Positions 62,028-64,000 of a stretch of DNA of 64,000 bases are shown in pieces. The notes under the pieces were generated by a model. That model was not told the origin of the DNA. It ran no database searches and was given only the letters and a program-made list of their open reading frames with translations. The stretch spans positions 416,001-480,000 of the forward strand of contig OY843768.1 in assembly GCA_963693095.2 (NCBI GenBank), read 5' to 3'. Both the position numbers and the translations under genes were made by a program. The stretch is from Cenarchaeum sp. (GTDB lineage: Archaea > Thermoproteota > Nitrososphaeria > Nitrososphaerales > Nitrosopumilaceae). Position 1 is the first letter of the stretch. The number at the start of each line of letters is the position of its first letter.

Positions 62028-64000
62028 ATGGCACCAAATGCGCCATTCAGGCCTAGTCGTGGAGACAGATCTGGCAAACCCGACATTGCCTCTGCGCAAA
62101 ACGAGATGCTTCGCCTTCGGGCTCTTCTTACGCCTAGGGTAAATGAGGACAATATTCGCCATCGTGTGTGGAACATACTGGAATCGCTGTTTCCCAACTA
62201 TCCGGTCTTTGGACAGACGGAAACTGGAAATGGCCCGGCAGATCTTGTGTGCAACAATATTGTTATTGAAACCAAGGCTCCCGGCACTGAACTTGACTCG
62301 CGATCGTCTAACCCGCTAGACGAAACGCCAAAAGAACAGGCTGTTCGATATATTGACGCCATATCCCCACAACAAACACTCGACGGTCACGTACAGGGGT
62401 GGAAGGCTTGCATCACAAACGGACACACTTGGCAGTTTTACGACTATGACGCAACATTGGGCGATCAAGGCACCGAGTCACGACTCACCAACCCCCACAC
62501 GATCACATGTGACAATGACACGCACTGTATGGAGGTGCTCGACTATCTCTATAATTTTGTAAACAGGACGGCCCGCCCCATGCCGCCGATTGATGTGGGT
62601 TGGGTTGAGGTGCTAGAGGACGAGATTGTCAAAGCTGCCAAATCCGTCCAAAGCAATCCTGGATTTAACGTCAAGCTTAGGCTCTGGAAACGGCTGCTGA
62701 GGGGCTCACACATGCTTTCACTCATAGACGATTCTGACAAAATTGCCCTGTTTGCCAAGCATACGCTATTGATCATAATATCTCGCATAATACTGGACAT
62801 CTTGAAGCCCCGTACCGGCGTCCCGTCGAGCAGGCGTCGAAAGCAAATTCTTGACGGTTTCCCGGGATGGCTCCTGGACTCGTACACAAAAGGGGGCAAT
62901 CAGCTCTATGCCAAAATCTTCCAGACTGTCTCCACATATGAGTGGCGTGCGGCAGGCAGGGACGTGCTAAAAGATCTATACCATAACACAATCCCGGCCT
63001 CTCTGCGGCATGCATATGGCGAATACTATACGCCTGACTGGCTAGCCCAGGCCATGTGCGAACGTGTCCTGGACGACCTTTGGTGCCGTAATGCCCTAAA
63101 AAATGGGATGGATGACATTTACGATCACATGGTTATGGATCCGTCGTGCGGCTCTGGCACATTTTTGTATCATGCGGTTCGCAGACTTCAAAACGTGGCA
63201 GGGCAGATCCCTGGGCTAAAGGACGATCTCCAGCACCAGTCAGACATTATAACAAAACTGGTTGTGGGCATTGACATCCACCCTGTTGCAGTCGAGCTTG
63301 CAAAGGCAACCAAAATAATGGCTCTCTCCCAAATGCCTTCGACAACTGCAAGTCTGAACCACAATGTCTTTCTTGGTGACAGTGTCCAGTGGGACGCAAA
63401 AACTGAGGCAAAGGCTCTAAATGTGATCTTGACTCAAATCCCGGTCGACGATACCAATAATGTGTTTTTCCCGTCTGATGTGCTGCTCGGTGAAAACGTT
63501 GAGGATCAAATTTCCTCTTTTTTTCGCATAGTCGAAAAGCCTGATAATTCGTTCAAGCCAGAATTGGCAGTTCAGCTTTTTGGACTAGAGTCAAACGACA
63601 TTTACAGACGATACATACTTGAGGCATGTTCGTTCTTTCACCGTGAAATTATGAATCACCGCAATCATGTGTGGAAATCATACTTGATGAACCTGATTCA
63701 ACCGTTTAAATTCAGGCAAAATGCCCATTCTGACACTCCTGGACATAACCGCTTGATTGGAAATCCACCCTGGGTAGTGTTTAATTCAATGCATGATGAT
63801 AAACTGCGTCAAGACGAATTTCGAAAACACGCAATCGATCGTGGTGTCTGGGCAGGGGGCAACCTTGCCACCCAAAATGATCTGGCCGCAACATTTGCCG
63901 CCACCTGCGTTGATCACTATATTGGCGAGGCTGACAAGTTTGGGTTCGTCCTGCCGTACTCTGCATTGAAGGGAAGGCAATGGGCGTTATTTAGAACCGG
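62028..64000 (+). CDS. Fused endonuclease / N6-adenine methyltransferase (type IIG-like), truncated by the window end
   Basis: Own translation: PADLVCNNIVIETK (PD-(D/E)xK), QAVRY, ITNG, GEYYTPDWLA, MDPSCGSGTFL, GIDIHPVAV, LIGNPPW; open to the window edge. Confidence 0.9.
   Translation, partial: MAPNAPFRPSRGDRSGKPDIASAQNEMLRLRALLTPRVNEDNIRHRVWNILESLFPNYPVFGQTETGNGPADLVCNNIVIETKAPGTELDSRSSNPLDETPKEQAVRYIDAISPQQTLDGHVQGWKACITNGHTWQFYDYDATLGDQGTESRLTNPHTITCDNDTHCMEVLDYLYNFVNRTARPMPPIDVGWVEVLEDEIVKAAKSVQSNPGFNVKLRLWKRLLRGSHMLSLIDDSDKIALFAKHTLLIIISRIILDILKPRTGVPSSRRRKQILDGFPGWLLDSYTKGGNQLYAKIFQTVSTYEWRAAGRDVLKDLYHNTIPASLRHAYGEYYTPDWLAQAMCERVLDDLWCRNALKNGMDDIYDHMVMDPSCGSGTFLYHAVRRLQNVAGQIPGLKDDLQHQSDIITKLVVGIDIHPVAVELAKATKIMALSQMPSTTASLNHNVFLGDSVQWDAKTEAKALNVILTQIPVDDTNNVFFPSDVLLGENVEDQISSFFRIVEKPDNSFKPELAVQLFGLESNDIYRRYILEACSFFHREIMNHRNHVWKSYLMNLIQPFKFRQNAHSDTPGHNRLIGNPPWVVFNSMHDDKLRQDEFRKHAIDRGVWAGGNLATQNDLAATFAATCVDHYIGEADKFGFVLPYSALKGRQWALFRT

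Overview
This is a chromosomal window from a GC-rich ammonia-oxidising archaeon (Nitrososphaerota/Thaumarchaeota, Nitrosopumilaceae-like). The assignment rests on the 16S/23S sequence, unsplit rpo1, CdvA, PEFG-CTERM proteins, DnaJ-ferredoxin and 3HP/4HB carbon-fixation genes. A sponge-symbiont lifestyle is only an inference from the high GC and enlarged surface protein. Most of the window is core genome: the RNA polymerase/S12/S7 cluster, rRNA operon, L11/L1/L10, PolB, FtsY, ThyX, HemL, abfD with 4HB-CoA ligase, meaB-mcm-mce, and three tRNAs, one with two introns. Less ordinary features: (1) a 1.7-kaa mosaic surface protein containing S-layer C-terminal domains and an inverted, patchily near-identical copy of a nearby PEFG-CTERM gene body; (2) three AT-richer islets (about 31.3-32.8, 41.8-43.9 and 60.6-64 kb) bordered by decayed copies of what looks like one ISH3/IS4-like element end, two of them carrying a SocA/Panacea(YwgA)-like gene followed by a membrane-protein gene, and the last also carrying a fused nuclease-methyltransferase; (3) a signal peptidase I fused to an HPD-less J-domain; (4) an AAGKK tandem repeat on methylmalonyl-CoA mutase; (5) a candidate operator at the cdvA promoter. 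No CRISPR array, intein or intact transposase was seen. All family assignments come from motif recognition by eye, not database searches.
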